DNA of 32,144 nt from Saprolegnia diclina VS20 (lineage: Eukaryota): the NCBI RefSeq assembly GCF_000281045.1, contig NW_008246084.1, positions 263,695-295,838 on the forward strand. Reading direction: 5' to 3'. The notes under the pieces were generated by a model. It was not told the origin of the DNA and did not search any database. It saw only the letters and a program-made list of their open reading frames with translations. The first letter of the stretch is position 1; the number at the start of each line of letters is the position of its first letter. Position numbers and translations under genes: made by a program. This document shows, in pieces, positions 31,008 to 32,144 of this stretch.

Positions 31008-31679
31008 TTCGTACCAATATACACCTCGCAGTTCATAATTTGAAAGTTTTTTCTAGCAATCGAATGTTAAATGAAAGACTTTATTGCCTTTTTGGCGCCA
31101 AGTAAAATTTGTGATGGATCATAGAAAAGCAAGATGAATTATTCCAAAGGGAGCGCATGCATTGATTTTGTTCTTCTCGCGAAGCGTCACAACCGAGCTT
31201 TGGCGAGGCGGTGTCGTTGCGACAGTTTGTTGGGACTTGAAGCGTGGGCTGCATTACCACCGTCTCGTCCTTGCGCGCACGATTCGTCTGCTGTTGGGAG
31301 CGGTCCCGTTGTTGTGCGTGCTACGTACGCGTTCCAAAGTGCATTTCAACGATCAGTAAAGGCGTACTCGGATGCAGTGAAAAAGGTAAAACGCGCTTGG
31401 AGATCTGCGACCGCCGGCTCTTCTTCCATCGGGCTGGGATGCGCCATCGCAGCGCTCGACCCGCCAAAGCTAAAGTAATTTTGTGTTGTAGGAGGCTCCT
31501 GCAAAAGGTTAGTTGTCAATTTAGAAATGGGAATTGATTGGTACCGACCTCGTTGGTTTGGTGTCGGTTGGTGCAAACGTCGTTTGCACCTCGCGAGTTC
31601 TTAGTGGCGTTGTCACACGTAGAACCTCGCTGCTTGAAAACATTGGTTTCATGTGGTGATGGCGTTTGGCTGCGTCACC

Positions 31680-32144
31680 TCGGGCCTCGGGGCGGTCGTA
31701 GGGTTAGGGTTCACGGAGGCTCCCAAATTTCGAAGTCGCTGCGCAATGGAATGGTGTCCTTGACCCGACGCTAAAAGCAATGCGGTGCGGCCATTCTACA
31801 GTCAGGTGTCCACCAATGCAGCGACCCACACATCCTGCGTACGCTGTCACACAGATAGACGTTGGCGCGCGCGTCGAGCAGACGTTGAACGATGCCTTCA
31901 TGACCGTTGGCGCTCGCTAGCATGAGCGCCGCTTTGTCATTCTACAGAGGTTTCAGAGCGGACCGTATGACCAAAGTCGTACGCGATCGAGAACATTGAC
32001 TTTGGCATCGGAGTTGAGAAGCCACTTGACGGCGATTTCGTGTCCGTTCATGGCTGCCATCATGAGCGGTGTCTTGCCGTCCTACACATTGCGGAATCAA
32101 CGGGCCACCTGCTAGAAACAGCCGCGTACACGATCGCAGACGTT
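31680..32144 (-). CDS. Ankyrin-repeat protein (partial; 5' end outside the window, 3' end not resolved)
   Basis: Exons [66 protein letters not shown] and [29 protein letters not shown] match the ankyrin consensus. Confidence 0.88.

Noticed and set aside
31698..31712. Telomere-like GGGTTAGGGTT (also near 3268)
   Set aside because: Under two units; this instance lies in a coding exon; chance-level.
1..32144. CRISPR array, rRNA, intact tRNA or autonomous transposase/reverse transcriptase
   Set aside because: No regularly spaced repeat-spacer array, rRNA-like segment, complete cloverleaf or DDE/RT motifs recognised.

Overview
Eukaryotic, gene-dense, GC-rich window with many short (about 40-60 nt) GT-AG introns. 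It is most consistent with an oomycete of the Saprolegnia/Achlya type (inferred from intron size, INR/CCAAT promoter motifs and gene content). A 900-N assembly gap spans 820-1719. The standout is an intronless 910-aa ORF (8218-10950, +) that fuses a signal-peptide-bearing three-domain multicopper oxidase (CotA/LPR1-like, all four Cu-binding motifs intact) to a complete ZupT/GufA-type ZIP metal transporter. This is a candidate single-chain oxidase-permease metal-handling system. Other notable items: (1) a 790-bp PIF/Harbinger (Tourist-like) MITE inserted at the TAA stop of a duplicated gene, with the empty site visible in the neighbouring paralog; (2) that paralog encodes a mitochondrial-like presequence, a coiled coil and an RNxxxH (HEPN-like) motif; (3) a MAN1/Src1-type inner nuclear membrane protein with an N-terminal PHD-like finger; (4) two diverged, intron-rich tetraspanin paralogs flanking RPL35A, not recoverable as whole proteins from the ORF track. 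Remaining genes: GCN2 kinase, RPL35A, a DEAD-box helicase, an AGC-like kinase, an MRS2/CorA Mg transporter, two tandem EamA/DMT transporters, a partial ankyrin-repeat gene and one uncharacterised multi-exon gene. Exon joins were made by eye and some gene ends are approximate.
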